Shown: positions 63,346-64,000 of the stretch, piece after piece
How positions within the stretch are numbered: position 1 is the first letter of the stretch
Layout: each line of letters opens with the position of its first letter
DNA from: Vicinamibacterales bacterium
GTDB taxonomy: Bacteria; Acidobacteriota; Vicinamibacteria; Vicinamibacterales; UBA8438
Direction of reading: 5' to 3'
Length of the DNA stretch: 64,000 nucleotides
NCBI GenBank assembly: GCA_965206705.1
Contig: CBDBKJ010000006.1
Coordinates: forward strand, 3,286,946 to 3,350,945
The notes under the pieces: generated by a model
What the model was told of the DNA's origin: nothing
The model's database searches: none
Seen by the model: only the letters and a program-made list of their open reading frames with translations
Made by a program: the position numbers and the translations under genes

Positions 63346-63501
63346 GGAAGGGTACCGGCGCGGCCGGCCGGGCTCGCGCCGGACGCGCGGCGGACGGACG
63401 GCGTGGCCGGAGACCGCATGATATCGTATACACGCCCGGGCGGCCGTGCCTCGCCGCCGCTTCCTCCCGGTTCGCGTCGCCCCAGGCTCCTGGCTGCATC
63501 G

Positions 63502-64000
63502 ATGTCAGCATTCGTTCCCCTTCCACGTCGCATCTTCCCGCTGATCGCCGCCGCGTGCATCGCTCCGGGTCTGGCGGGTTGCGCGTCGTCACCGTCCACG
63601 GTGCCGGCGCCGGCGGCGGTGGACGATACCCGGAAGCTGGCCTGGATTCTCCAGCTCGAAGATCAGCGCCGGCTGCGCGATCCGTCGCTGCCGCCGGCTG
63701 TCGCTGCGGATGCCGGCGAGGTCGCCGACGGCGGCGAGGCCGGTCCGGAAATCGGTTTCCCGCAGGCTCCGGTGCCGGACCTCTTGCGGCTCGCCGGCGA
63801 TTCCGGGGCGGCCGTCCGCTACCGGGCCGCCCGGGCCATCGGCCGGGTCGGTCTCCCGCAGGGCGGGCCGGCGCTCGTCGCCGCGCTCGCCGATCCCGAG
63901 CCCGAGATTCGGGCGATTGCCGCCTTCGGGCTGGGGCTCCTCGGCAGTCCCGCGACGGCCGAGCCCCTGATCGCCGCTCTGCAGGATCCGTCGCCGCTGG
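63502..64000 (+). CDS. HEAT-repeat lipoprotein, 5' part (3' end outside window)
   Basis: My own translation from the ATG at 63502 is MSAFVPLPRRIFPLIAAACIAPGLAGCASS..., which has a lipobox (LAGC). PBS-lyase HEAT-like repeats follow (AVRYRAARAIGRVG, EPEIRAIAAFGLGLLG). The frame is open to the window end. Confidence 0.65.
   Translation, partial: MSAFVPLPRRIFPLIAAACIAPGLAGCASSPSTVPAPAAVDDTRKLAWILQLEDQRRLRDPSLPPAVAADAGEVADGGEAGPEIGFPQAPVPDLLRLAGDSGAAVRYRAARAIGRVGLPQGGPALVAALADPEPEIRAIAAFGLGLLGSPATAEPLIAALQDPSPL

Noticed and set aside
63470-63495. The motif caggctcctgg upstream of the HEAT lipoprotein gene as another family A fragment.
   Set aside because: It is only an 11-nt match to the family A right flank with no adjacent hairpins. 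That is too short to distinguish from chance in GC-rich DNA.

Overview
This is a very GC-rich chromosomal segment (about 70% by eye, not computed) from a diderm bacterium, since lptD is present. The phylum cannot be fixed from this window.

The content is almost entirely tightly packed core housekeeping:
- complex I cluster nuoD(partial)-H-J-K-L-M-N
- an F0-only ATP synthase operon (atpZ-like, atpI-like, atpB, atpE, atpF)
- a fused E1 alpha/beta 2-oxoacid dehydrogenase, a cupin, a rhomboid protease, murJ and ychF
- a dcw cluster mraZ-rsmH-ftsL-ftsI-murE-murF-mraY-murD-ftsW-murG-murC-ftsQ-ftsA-ftsZ, with no murB or ddl
- a COG1579 zinc-ribbon protein, one tRNA(CAU), rpoD-dnaG, mutS2, a larB-like gene and citrate synthase
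- lepA-lepB, yggS, a TPR protein, a DinG/XPD-type helicase, glyA and thiC
- an M20 peptidase, htpX, a radical-SAM protein, an SDR epimerase/reductase, lptD, folC and the 5' part of a HEAT-repeat lipoprotein

I found no transposase, integrase, CRISPR array, toxin-antitoxin pair or recognisable defence gene. I therefore cannot name a new multi-gene system here.

What the gene list does not explain is a dense layer of small repeats:
- Family A is a two-hairpin palindromic element of about 64 nt with at least five clear copies plus fragments. One copy sits in frame inside the dinG-like helicase gene.
- Family B is a related unit of about 80 nt. It is present as a 2 x 83 bp tandem, with diverged copies elsewhere.
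- A 134-bp long inverted repeat lies between murD and ftsW.
- A perfect 210-bp in-frame tandem duplication sits at the 3' end of the epimerase gene.
- A rod-like, repeat-rich non-coding region of about 330 nt lies between tRNA(CAU) and a strong intrinsic terminator.

Several genes also appear to be leaderless, with an extended -10 box 6 nt upstream of the ATG. The many very long extra ORFs in the track are antisense or off-frame artefacts of high GC content. All coordinates, alignments and identities were worked out by hand from the printed sequence.
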